NCBI GenBank assembly: GCA_964016885.1
Contig: OZ024740.1
Span: forward strand, 318,866,001-318,930,000
Direction of reading: 5' to 3'
DNA from: Eledone cirrhosa
Taxonomy: Eukaryota
DNA length: 64,000 bases
Shown here: positions 14,239-28,800 of the stretch, piece by piece
How positions within the stretch are numbered: position 1 is the stretch's first letter
Layout: each line of letters begins with the position of its first letter
The notes under the pieces: generated by a model
Told to the model about the DNA's origin: nothing
The model's database searches: none
The model's input: the letters and a program-made list of their open reading frames with translations, nothing else
Position numbers and translations under genes: made by a program

Positions 14239-17200
14239 TTTTCCACAACTTACGTTCTGTCTGACATTCTAACGACTCTACCAATTCGCTGTCTTTCTAA
14301 TACAATACTCACAACAAAAAATCCAGGATGGTATCGTCTATTTCCACAACTTACATTCTATCTGACATTCTAACGACTCTACCAATTCGAAGTCTTTCTA
14401 CTACAATACTCACAACAAATAAGCCAGTATCGTCTCGTCTATTTCCACACCTTACATTCTATCTGACATTCTAACGACTCTACCAATTCGAAGTCTTTAT
14501 ACTACAATACTAACTTCAAATAATCCAGAATTGTCTCGTCTATTTCCACAACTTACATTCTATCTGACATTTTAACGACTCTACCAATTCGAAGTCTTTC
14601 TACTACATTACTAACTTTAAATAATCCAGGATTGTCTCGTCTATTTCCACAACTTACATTCTATCTGACATTCTAACGACTCCACCAATTCGAAGTCTTT
14701 CTACTACAATACTCACGAGAAATAATCCAGGATTCTCTGGACTATTTCCACAACTTACATTCTATCTGACATCCTAACGACTCTACCAATTCGCTGTCTT
14801 TCTACTACAATACTAACTTCACATTATCCAGGATTGTCTCGTCTATTTCCACAAATTACATTCTATCTGACATTCTAACGACTCTACCAATTCGCTGTAT
14901 TTCTACTACAATACTCACAACAAATAATCCAGCATTGTCTCGTCTATTTCCACAACTCACATTCTATCTGACATTCTAACGACTCTACCAATTCGAAGTC
15001 TTTCTAATACAATACTCACAACAAATAATCCAGGAATGTCTCGTCTATTTCCACAACTTACATTCTATCTCACATTTAAACGCCTCTATCAATTCGAAGT
15101 CTTTCTACTACAATACTAACTTCAAATAATCCAGGATTGTCTCGTCTATTTCCACAACTTACATTCTATCTGACATTCTAACGACTCTACCAATTCGCTG
15201 TATTTCTACTACAATACTAACAAAAATAATCTAGGATTGTCGCGTCTAATTCCACAACTTACATTTTATCTGACATTCTAACGACTCTACCAATTCGCTG
15301 TCTTTCTACTACAATACTCACAACAAATAATCCAGGATTGTCTCGTCTTTTTCCACAACTTACGTTCTATCTGACATTCTAACGACTCTACCAATTCGAA
15401 GTCTTTCTGCTACAATACTAACTTCAAATAATCCAGGATTGTCTCGTCTATTTCCACAACTTACATTCTATCTGACATTCTAACGACTCTACCAATTCGC
15501 TGTCTTTCTAATACAATACTAACAAAAATAATCTAGGATTGTCTCGTCTATTTCCACAACTTACATTCTATCTGACATTCTAACGACTCTACCAATTCGA
15601 AGTCTTTATACTACAATACTAACTTCAAATAATCCAGAATTGTCTCGTCTATTTCCACAACTTACATTCTATCTGACATTCTAACGACTCTACCAAATCG
15701 AAGTCTTTCTACTACATTACTAACTTTAAATAATCCAGGATTGTCTCGTCTATTTCCACAACTTACATTCTATCTGACATTCTAACGACTCTACCAATTC
15801 GCTGTATTTCTACTACAATACTAACAAAAATAATCTAGGATTGTCTCGTCTAATTCCACAACTTACATTTTATCTGACATTCTAACGACTCTACCAATTC
15901 GCTGTCTTTCTACTACAATACTCACAACAAATAATCCAGGATTGTCTCGTCTTTTTCCACAACTTACGTTCTGTCTGACATTCTAACGACTCTACCAATT
16001 CGCTGTCTTTCTAATACAATACTCACAACAAAAAATCCAGGATGGTATCGTCTATTTCCACAACTTACATTCTATCTGACATTCTAACGACTCTACCAAT
16101 TCGAAGTCTTTCTACTACAATACTCACAACAAATAAGCCAGTATCGTCTCGTCTATTTCCACACCTTACATTCTATCTGACATTCTAACGACTCTACCAA
16201 TTCGAAGTCTTTATACTACAATACTAACTTCAAATAATCCAGAATTGTCTCGTCTATTTCCACAACTTACATTCTATCTGACATTTTAACGACTCTACCA
16301 ATTCGAAGTCTTTCTACTACATTACTAACTTTAAATAATCCAGGATTGTCTCGTCTATTTCCACAACTTACATTCTATCTGACATTCTAACGACTCCACC
16401 AATTCGAAGTCTTTCTACTACAATACTCACGAGAAATAATCCAGGATTCTCTGGACTATTTCCACAACTTACATTCTATCTGACATCCTAACGACTCTAC
16501 CAATTCGCTGTCTTTCTACTACAATACTAACTTCACATTATCCAGGATTGTCTCGTCTATTTCCACAAATTACATTCTATCTGACATTCTAACGACTCTA
16601 CCAATTCGCTGTATTTCTACTACAATACTCACAACAAATAATCCAGCATTGTCTCGTCTATTTCCACAACTCACATTCTATCTGACATTCTAACGACTCT
16701 ACCAATTCGAAGTCTTTCTAATACAATACTCACAACAAATAATCCAGGAATGTCTCGTCTATTTCCACAACTTACATTCTATCTCACATTTAAACGCCTC
16801 TATCAATTCGAAGTCTTTCTACTACAATACTAACTTCAAATAATCCAGGATTGTCTCGTCTATTTCCACAACTTACATTCTATCTGACATTCTAACGACT
16901 CTACCAATTCGCTGTATTTCTACTACAATACTAACAAAAATAATCTAGGATTGTCGCGTCTAATTCCACAACTTACATTTTATCTGACATTCTAACGACT
17001 CTACCAATTCGCTGTCTTTCTACTACAATACTCACAACAAATAATCCAGGATTGTCTCGTCTTTTTCCACAACTTACGTTCTATCTGACATTCTAACGAC
17101 TCTACCAATTCGAAGTCTTTCTGCTACAATACTAACTTCAAATAATCCAGGATTGTCTCGTCTATTTCCACAACTTACATTCTATCTGACATTCTAACGA

Positions 17201-17312
17201 CTCTACCAATTCGCTGTCTTTCTAATACAATACTAACAAAAATAATCTAGGATTGTCTCGTCTATTTCCACAACTTACATTCTATCTGACATTCTAACGA
17301 CTCTACCAATTC
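13821..17312. repeat. Tandem duplication of a 17-monomer block (period 1714 bp)
   Basis: AAATCG at 13981/15695, AAGCCAGT at 14421/16135 and CGCGTC at 15241/16955 are all offset by 1714. Confidence 0.92.
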
Positions 17313-20300
17313 GCTGTCTTTCTACTACAATACTCACAACAAATAATCTAGGATGGTATCGTCTATTTCCACAACTTACATTCTATCTGACATTCAAACG
17401 ACTCTATCAATTCGAAGTCTTTCTACTACAATACTAACTTCAAATAATCCAGGATTGTCTCGTCTATTTCCACAACTTACATTCTATCTGACATTCTAAC
17501 GACTCTACCAATTCGAAGTCTTTCTAATACAATACTAACAAAAATAATCTAGGATTGTCTCGTCTATTTCCACAACTTACATTCTATCTGACATTCTAAC
17601 GACTCTACCAATTCGCTGTCTTTCTAATACAATACTCACAACAAAAAATCCAGGATGGTATCGTCTATTTCCACAACTTTCATTCTATCTGACATTCTAA
17701 CGACTCTACCAATTCGCTGTCTTTCTACTACAATACTCACAACAAATAATCCAGGATGGTATCGTCTATTTCCACAACTTACATTCTATCTGACGTTCTA
17801 ACGACTCTACCAATTCGAAGTCTTTCTACTACAATACTAACAACATATAATCTAGGATTGTCTCGTCTATTTCCACAACTTACATTCTATCTGATATTCT
17901 TACGACTCTACCAATTCGCTGTCTTTCTACTACAATACTCACAACAAATAATCTAGGATGGTATCGTCTATTTCCACAACTTACATTCTATCTGACATTC
18001 TAACGACTCTACCAATTCGAAGTCTTTCTACTACAATACTAACTTCAAATAATCCAGAATTGTCTCGTCTATTTCGACAACTTACATTCTATCTGACATT
18101 CTAACGACTCTACCAATTCGAAGTATTTCTACTACAATACTAACTTCAAATAATCCAGGATTGTCTCGTCTATTTCCACAACTTACATTCTATCTGACAT
18201 TCTAACGACTCTACCAATTCGAAGTCTTTCTAATACAATACTAACAAAAATAATCTAGGATTGTCTCGTCTATTTCCACAACTTACATTCTATCTGACAT
18301 TCTAACGACTCTACCAATTCGCTGTCTTTCTAATACAATACTCACAACAAAAAATCTAGGATTGTCTCGTCTAATTCCACAACTTACATTTTATCTGACA
18401 TTCTAACGACTCTACCAATTCGCTGTCTTTCTACTACAATACTCACAACAAATAATCTAGGATGGTATCGTCTATTTCCACAACTTACATTCTATCTGAC
18501 ATTCTAACGACTCTACCAATTCGAAGTCTTTCTACTACAATACTAACTTCAAATAATCCAGAATTGTCTCGTCTATTTCGACAACTTACATTCTATCTGA
18601 CATTCTAACGACTCTACCAATTCGAAGTCTTTCTACTACAATACTAACAACAAATAATCCAGGAATGTCTCGTCTATTTCCACAACTTACATTCTATCTG
18701 ACATTCTAACGACTCCACCAATTCGAAGTCTTTCTACTACAATACTCACGAGAAATAATCCAGGATTCTCTGGACTATTTCCACAACTTACATTCTATCT
18801 GACATCCTAACGACTCTACCAATTCGCTGTCTTTCTACTACAATACTAACTTCACATTATCCAGGATTGTCTCGTCTATTTCCACAAATTACATTCTATC
18901 TGACATTCTAACGACTCTACCAATTCGCTGTATTTCTACTACAGTACTCACAACAAATAATCCAGCATTGTCTCGTCTATTTCCACAACTCACATTCTAT
19001 CTGACATTCTAACGACTCTACCAATTCGAAGTCTTTCTAATACAATACTCACAACAAATAATCCAGGAATGTCTCGTCTATTTCCACAACTTACATTCTA
19101 TCTCACATTTAAACGCCTCTATCAATTCGAAGTCTTTCTACTACAATACTAACTTCAAATAATCCAGGATTGTCTCGTCTATTTCCACAACTTACATTCT
19201 ATCTGACATTCTAACGACTCTACCAATTCGCTGTATTTCTACTACAATACTAACAAAAATAATCTAGGATTGTCGCGTCTAATTCCACAACTTACATTTT
19301 ATCTGACATTCTAACGACTCTACCAATTCGCTGTCTTTCTACTACAATACTCACAACAAATAATCCAGGATTGTCTCGTCTTTTTCCACAACTTACGTTC
19401 TATCTGACATTCTAACGACTCTACCAATTCGAAGTCTTTCTGCTACAATACTAACTTCAAATAATCCAGGATTGTCTCGTCTATTTCCACAACTTACATT
19501 CTATCTGACATTCTAACGACTCTACCAATTCGCTGTCTTTCTACTACAATACTAACAAAAATAATCTAGGATTGTCTCGTCTAATTCCACAACTTACATT
19601 CTATCTGACATTCTAACGACTCTACCAATTCGCTGTCTTTCTACTACAATACTCACAACAAATAATCCAGGATGGTATCGTCTATTTCCACAACTTACAT
19701 TCTATCTGACGTTCTAACGACTCTACCAATTCGAAGTCTTTCTACTACAATACTAACAACATATAATCTAGGATTGTCTCGTCTATTTCCACAACTTACA
19801 TTCTATCTGATATTCTTACGACTCTACCAATTCGCTGTCTTTCTACTACAATACTCACAACAAATAATCTAGGATGGTATCGTCTATTTCCACAACTTAC
19901 ATTCTATCTGACATTCTAACGACTCTACCAATTCGAAGTCTTTCTACTACAATACTAACTTCAAATAATCCAGAATTGTCTCGTCTATTTCGACAACTTA
20001 CATTCTATCTGACATTCTAACGACTCTACCAATTCGAAGTCTTTCTACTACAATACTAACAACAAATAATCCAGGAATGTCTCGTCTATTTCCACAACTT
20101 ACATTCTATCTGACATTCAAACGACTCTATCAATTCGAAGTCTTTCTACTACAATACTAACTTCAAATAATCCAGGATTGTCTCGTCTATTTCCACAACT
20201 TACATTCTATCTGACATTCTAACGACTCTACCAATTCGAAGTCTTTCTAATACAATACTAACAAAAATAATCTAGGATTGTCTCGTCTATTTCCACAACT

Positions 20301-23300
20301 TACATTCTATCTGACATTCTAACGACTCTACCAATTCGCTGTCTTTCTAATACAATACTCACAACAAAAAATCCAGGATGGTATCGTCTATTTCCACAAC
20401 TTTCATTCTATCTGACATTCTAACGACTCTACCAATTCGCTGTCTTTCTACTACAATACTCACAACAAATAATCCAGGATGGTATCGTCTATTTCCACAA
20501 CTTACATTCTATCTGACGTTCTAACGACTCTACCAATTCGAAGTCTTTCTACTACAATACTAACAACATATAATCTAGGATTGTCTCGTCTATTTCCACA
20601 ACTTACATTCTATCTGATATTCTTACGACTCTACCAATTCGCTGTCTTTCTACTACAATACTCACAACAAATAATCTAGGATGGTATCGTCTATTTCCAC
20701 AACTTACATTCTATCTGACATTCTAACGACTCTACCAATTCGAAGTATTTCTACTACAATACTAACTTCAAATAATCCAGGATTGTCTCGTCTATTTCCA
20801 CAACTTACATTCTATCTGACATTCTAACGACTCTACCAATTCGAAGTCTTTCTAATACAATACTAACAAAAATAATCTAGGATTGTCTCGTCTATTTCCA
20901 CAACTTACATTCTATCTGACATTCTAACGACTCTACCAATTCGCTGTCTTTCTAATACAATACTCACAACAAAAAATCTAGGATTGTCTCGTCTAATTCC
21001 ACAACTTACATTTTATCTGACATTCTAACGACTCTACCAATTCGCTGTCTTTCTACTACAATACTCACAACAAATAATCTAGGATGGTATCGTCTATTTC
21101 CACAACTTACATTCTATCTGACATTCTAACGACTCTACCAATTCGAAGTCTTTCTACTACAATACTAACTTCAAATAATCCAGAATTGTCTCGTCTATTT
21201 CGACAACTTACATTCTATCTGACATTCTAACGACTCTACCAATTCGAAGTCTTTCTACTACAATACTAACAACAAATAATCCAGGAATGTCTCGTCTATT
21301 TCCACAACTTACATTCTATCTGACATTCAAACGACTCTATCAATTCGAAGTCTTTCTACTACAATACTAACTTCAAATAATCCAGGATTGTCTCGTCTAT
21401 TTTCACAACTTACATTCTATCTGACATTCTAACGACTCTACCAATTCGAAGTCTTTCTAATACAATACTAACAAAAATAATCCAGGATTGTCTCGTCTAT
21501 TTCCACAACTTACATTCTATCTGACATTCTAACGACTCTACCAATTCGCTGTATTTCTACTACAATACTAACAAAAATAATCTCGGATTGTCTCGTCTAA
21601 TTCCACAACTTACATTTTATCTGACATTCTAACGACTCTACCAATTCGCTGTCTTTCTACTACAATACTCACAACAAATAATCCAGGATGGTATCGTCTA
21701 TTTCCACAACTTACATTCTATCTGACGTTCTAACGACTCTACCAATTCGAAGCCTTTCTACTACAATACTAACAACATATAATCTAGGATTGTCTCGTCT
21801 ATTTCCACAACTTACATTCTATCTGATATTCTTACGACTCTACCAATTCGCTGTCTTTCTACTACAATACTCACAACAAATAATCTAGGATGGTATCGTC
21901 TATTTCCACAAGTTACATTCTATCTGACATTCTAACGACTCTACCAATTCGAAGTCTTTCTACTACAATACTAACTTCAAATAATCCAGAATTGTCTCGT
22001 CTATTTCGACAACTTACATTCTATCTGACATTCTAACGACTCTACCATTTCGAAGTCTTTCTACTACAATACTAACAACAAATAATCCAGGAATGTCTCG
22101 TCTATTTCCACAACTTACATTCTATCTGACATTCAAACGACTCTATCAATTCGAAGTCTTTCTACTACAATACTAACTTCAAATAATCCAGGATTGTCTC
22201 GTCTATTTCCACAACTTACATTTTATCTGACATTCTAACGACTCTACCAATTCGCTGTCTTTCTACTACAATACTCACAACAAATAATCCAGGATGGTAT
22301 CGTCTATTTCCACAACTTACATTCTATCTGAGGTTCTAACGACTCTACCAATTCGAAGCCTTTCTACTACAATACTAACAACATATAATCTAGGATTGTC
22401 TCGTCTATTTCCACAACTTACATTCTATCTGATATTCTTACGACTCTACCAATTCGCTGTCTTTCTACTACAATACTCACAACAAATAATCTAGGATGGT
22501 ATCGTCTATTTCCAAAACTTACATTCTATCTGACATTCTAACGACTCTACCAATTCGAAGTCTTTCTACTACAATACTAACTTCAAATAATCCAGAATTG
22601 TCTCGTCTATTTCGACAACTTACATTCTATCTGACATTCTAACGACTCTACCAATTCGAAGTCTTTCTACTACAATACTAACAACAAATAATCCAGGAAT
22701 GTCTCGTCTATTTCCACAACTTACATTCTATCTGACATTCAAACGACTCTATCAATTCGAAGTCTTTCTACTACAATACTAACTTCAAATAATCCAGGAT
22801 TGTCTCGTCTATTTCCACAACTTACATTCTATCTGACATTCTAACGACTCTCCCAATTCGCTGTCTTTCTACTACAATACTCACAACAAATAATCCAGGA
22901 TTGTCTCGTCTATTTTCACAACTTACATTCTATCTGACATTCTAACGACTCTACCAATTCGAAGTCTTTATACTACAATACTAACTTCAAATAATCCAGA
23001 ATTGTCTCGTCTATTTCCACAACTTACATTCTATCTGACATTCTAACGACTCTACCAATTCGAAGTCTTTCTACTACAATACTAACAACAAATAATCCAG
23101 GAATGTCTCGTCTATTTCCACAACTTACATTCTATCTGACATTCAAACGACTCTATCAATTCGAAGTCTTTCTACTACAATACTAACTTCAAATAATCCA
23201 GGATTGTCTCGTCTATTTCCACAACATACATTCTATCTGACATTCTAACGACTCTACCAATTCGCTGTATTTCTACTACAATACTCACAACAAATAATCC

Positions 23301-24489
23301 AGGATTGTCTCGTCTATTTCCACAACTTACATTCTATCTGACATTCTAACGACTCTACCAATTCGAAGTCTTTATACTACAATACTAACTTCAAATAATC
23401 CAGAATTGTCTCGTCTATTTCCACAACTTACATTCTATCTGACATTCTAACGACTCTACCAATTCGAAGTCTTTCTACTACATTACTAACTTTAAATAAT
23501 CCAGGATTGTCTCGTCTATTTCCACAACTTACATTCTATCTGACATTCTAACGACTCTATCAATTCGCTGTATTTCTACTACAATACTAACAAAAATAAT
23601 CTAGGATTGTCTCGTCTAATTCCACAACTTACATTTTATCTGACATTCTAACGACTCTACCAATTCGCTGTCTTTCTACTACAATACTCACAACAAATAA
23701 TCCAGGATTGTCTCGTCTTTTTCCACAACTTACGTTCTATCTGACATTCTAACGACTCTACCAATTCGAAGTCTTTCTACTACAATACTAACTTCAAATA
23801 ATCCAGGATTGTCTCGTCTATTTTGACACCTTACATTTTATCTGACATTCTAACGACTCTACCAATTCGCTGTCTTTCTACTACAATACTCACAACAAAT
23901 AATCCAGGATTGTCTCGTCTTTTTCCACAACTTACGTTCTATCTGACATTCTAACGACTCTACCAATTCGCTGTCTTTCTAATACAATACTCACAACAAA
24001 AAATCCAGGATGGTATCGTCTATTTCCACAACTTACATACTATCTGACATTCTAACGACTCTACCAATTCGAAGTCTTTCTACTACAATACTCACAACAA
24101 ATAATCCAGTATCGTCTCGTCTATTTCCACACCTTACATTCTATCTGACATTCTAACGACTCTACCAATTCGAAGTCTTTATACTACAATACTAACTTCA
24201 AATAATCCAGAATTGTCTCGTCTATTTCCACAACTTACATTCTATCTGACATTTTAACGACTCTACCAATTCGAAGTCTTTCTACTACATTACTAACTTT
24301 AAATAATCCAGGATTGTCTCGTCTATTTCCACAACTTACATTCTATCTGACATTCTAACGACTCCACCAATTCGAAGTCTTTCTACTACAATACTAACAA
24401 AAATAATCTAGTATTGTCTCGTCTATTTCCACAACTTACATTCTATCTGACATTCTAACGACTCTACTAATTCGAAGTCTTTCTGCTAC

Positions 24490-25820
24490 AATACTCACGA
24501 GAAATAATCCAGGATTCTCTGGACTATTTCCACAACTTACATTCTATCTGACATCCTAACGACTCTACCAATTCGCTGTCTTTCTACTACAATACTAACT
24601 TCACATTATCCAGGATTGTCTCGTCTATTTCCACAAATTACATTCTATCTGACATTCTAATGACTCTACCAATTCGCTGTATTTCTACTACAGTACTCAC
24701 AACAAATAATCCAGCATTGTCTCGTCTATTTCCACAACTCACATTCTATCTGACATTCTAACGACTCTACCAATTCGAAGTCTTTCTAATACAATACTCA
24801 CAACAAATAATCCAGGAATGTCTCGTCTATTTCCACAACTTACATTCTATCTGACATTTAAACGCCTCTATCAATTCGAAGTCTTTCTACTACAATACTA
24901 ACTTCAAATAATCCAGGATTGTCTCGTCTATTTCCACAACTTACATTCTATCTGACATTCTAACGACTCTACCAATTCGCTGTATTTCTACTACAATACT
25001 AACAAAAATAATCTAGGATTGTCTCGTCTAATTCCACAACTTACATTTTATCTGACATTCTAACGACTCTACCAATTCGCTGTCTTTCTACTACAATACT
25101 CACAACAAATAATCCAGGATTGTCTCGTCTTTTTCCACAACTTACGTTCTATCTGACATTCTAACGACTCTACCAATTCGAAGTCTTTCTGTTACAATAC
25201 TCACGAGATATAATCCAGGATTCTCTGGACTATTTCCACAACTTACATTCTATCTGACATCCTAACGACTCTACCAATTCGCTGTCTTTCTACTACAATA
25301 CTAACTTCACATTATCCAGGATTGTCTCGTCTATTTCCACAAATTACATTCTATCTGACATTCTAACGACTCTACCAATTCGCTGTATTTCTACTACAGT
25401 ACTCACAACAAATAATCCAGCATTGTCTCGTCTATTTCCACAACTCACATTCTATCTGACATTCTAACGACTCTACCAATTCGAAGTCTTTCTAATACAA
25501 TACTCACAACAAATAATCCAGGAATGTCTCGTCTATTTCCACAACTTACATTCTATCTGACATTTAAACGCCTCTATCAATTCGAAGTCTTTCTACTACA
25601 ATACTAACTTCAAATAATCCAGGATTGTCTCGTCTATTTCCACAACTTACATTCTATCTGACATTCTAACGACTCTACCAATTCGCTGTATTTCTACTAC
25701 AATACTAACAAAAATAATCTAGGATTGTCTCGTCTAATTCCACAACTTACATTTTATCTGACATTCTAACGACTCTACCAATTCGCTGTCTTTCTACTAC
25801 AATACTCACAACAAATAATC
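24490..25820. repeat. Tandem duplication of a ~7-monomer block (period 706 bp)
   Basis: CACGAG at 24496 and 25202, each followed by the same variant series (CTCTGGACT, CAAATTAC, CCAGCATT, TTTAAACGCC). Confidence 0.8.
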
Positions 25821-28800
25821 CAGGATGGTATCGTCTATTTCCACAACTTACATTCTATCTGACGTTCTAACGACTCTACCAATTCGAAGTCTTTCTACTA
25901 CAATACTAACAACAAATAATCTAGGATTGTCTCGTCTATTTCCACAACTTACATTCTATCTGACATTCTAACGACTCTACCAATTCGAAGTCTTTCTACT
26001 ACAATACTCACAACATATAATCTAGGATTGTCTCGTCTATTTCCACAACTTACATTCTATCTGATATTCTTACGACTCTACCAATTCGCTGTCTTTCTAC
26101 TACAATACTCACAACAAATAATCTAGGATGGTATCGTCTATTTCCACAACTTACATTCTATCTGACATTCTAACGACTCTACCAATTCGAAGTCTTTCTA
26201 CTACAATACTAACTTCAAATAATCCAGAATTGTCTCGTCTATTTCGACAACTTACATTCTATCTGACATTCTAACGACTCTACCAATTCGAAGTCTTTCT
26301 AATACAATACTAACAAAAATAATCTAGGATTGTCTCGTCTATTTCCACAACTTACATTCTATCTGACATTCTAACGACTCTACCAATTCGCTGTCTTTCT
26401 AATACAATACTCACAACAAAAAATCCAGGATGGTATCGTCTATTTCCACAACTTACATTCTATCTGACATTCTAACGACTCTACCAATTAGAAGTCTTTC
26501 TACTACAATACTCACAACAAATAATCCAGTATCGTCTCGTCTATTTCCACACGTTACATTCTATCTGACATACTAACGAATCTACCAATTCGCAGTATTT
26601 CTACTACAATACTCACAACAAATAATCCAGGATTGTCTCGTCTATTTCCACAACATACATTCTATCTGACATTCTAACGACTCTACCAATTCGCTGTATT
26701 TCTACTACAATACTCACAACAAATAATCCAGGATTGTCTCGTCTATTTCCACAACTTACATTCTATCTGACATTCTAACGACTCTACCAATTCGAAGTCT
26801 TTATACTACAATACTAACTTCAAATAATCCAGAATTGTCTCGTCTATTTCCACAACTTACATTCTATCTGACATTCTAACGACTCTACCAATTCGAAGTC
26901 TTTCTACTACATTACTAACTTTAAATAATCCAGGATTGTCTCGTCTATTTCCACAACTTACATTCTATCTGACATTCTAACGACTCTACCAATTCGCTGT
27001 ATTTCTACTACAATACTAACAAAAATAATCTAGGATTGTCTCGTCTAATTCCACAACTTACATTTTATCTGACATTCTAACGACTCTACCAATTCGCTGT
27101 CTTTCTACTACAATACTCACAACAAATAATCCAGGATTGTCTCGTCTTTTTCCACAACTTACGTTCTATCTGACATTCTAACGACTCTACCAATTCGAAG
27201 TCTTTCTACTACAATACTAACTTCAAATAATCCAGGATTGTCTCGTCTTTTTCCACAACTTACGTTCTATCTGACATTCTAACGACTCTACCAATTCGAA
27301 GTCTTTCTACTACAATACTAACTTCAAATAATCCAGGATTGTCTCGTCTATTTCCACAACTTACATTCTATCTGACATTCTAACGACTCTACCAATTCGC
27401 TGTATTTCTACTACAGTACTCACAACAAATAATCCAGCATTGTCTCGTTTATTTCCACAACTCACATTCTATCTGAAATTCTAACGACTCTGCCAATTCG
27501 AAGTCTTTCTACTACAATACTCACAACAAATAATCCAGGAATGTCTCGTCTATTTCCACAACTTACATTCTATCTGACATTCAAACGACTCTATCAATTG
27601 GAAGTCTTTCTACTACAATACTAACTTCAAATAATCCAGGATTGTCTCGTCTATTTCCACAACTTACATTCGATCTGACATTCTAACGACTCTACCAATT
27701 CGAAGTCTTTCTAATACAATACTAACAAAAATAATCTAGGATTGTCTCGTCTATTTCCACAACTTACATTCTATCTGACATTCTAACGACTCTACCAATT
27801 CGCTGTCTTTCTAATACAATACTCACAACAAAAAATCCAGGATGGTATCGTCTATTTCCACAACTTACATTCTATCTGACATTCTAACGACTCTACCAAT
27901 TCGAAGTCTTTCTACTACAATACTCACAACAAATAATCCAGTATCGTCTCGTCTATTTCCACACCTTACATTCTATCTGACATACTAACGAATCTACCAA
28001 TTCGCAGGATTTCTACTACAATACTAACTTCAAATTATCCAGGATTGTCTCCTCTATTTCCACAACTTACATTCTATCTGATATTCTAATGACTCTACCA
28101 ATTCGAAGATTTTCTACTACAATACTCACAACAAATAATCCAGGATTGTCTCGTCTATTTCCACAACTTACATTCTATCTGACATTCTAACGACTCTCCC
28201 AATTCGCTGTCTTTCTACTACAATACTCACAACAAATAATCCAGGATTGTCTCGTCTATTTCCACAACATACATTCTATCTGACATTCTAACGACTCTCC
28301 CAATTCGCTGTCTTTCTACTACAATACTCACAACAAATAATCCAGGATTGTCTCGTCTATTTCCACAACTTACATTCTATCTGACATTCTAACGACTCTA
28401 CCAATTCGAAGTCTTTCTACTACAATACTCACAACAAATAATCCAGGATTGGCTCGTCTATTTCCACAACTTACATTCTATCTGACATTCTAACGACTCT
28501 ACCAATTCGAAGTCTTTATACTAAAATACTAACTTCAAATAATCCAGAATTGTCTCGTCTATTTCCACAACTTACATTCTATCTGACATTCAAACGACTC
28601 TATCAATTGGAAGTCTTTCTACTACAATACTAACTTTAAATAATCCAGGATTGTCTCGTCTATTTCCACAACTTACATTCTATCTGACATTCAAACGACT
28701 CTACTAATTCGAAGTCTTTCTGCTACAATACTCACGAGAAATAATCCAGGATTCTCTGGACCATTTCCACAACTTACATTCTATCTGACATCCTAACGAC

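Noticed and set aside
2734-22494. Nine 61-66-aa ORFs beginning MVSSISTTYILSD
   Set aside because: The ATG arises from the GGATGG satellite allele. The ORFs span about two monomers and change frame because 101 is not a multiple of 3. They show no recognisable protein and no unique flanking sequence.
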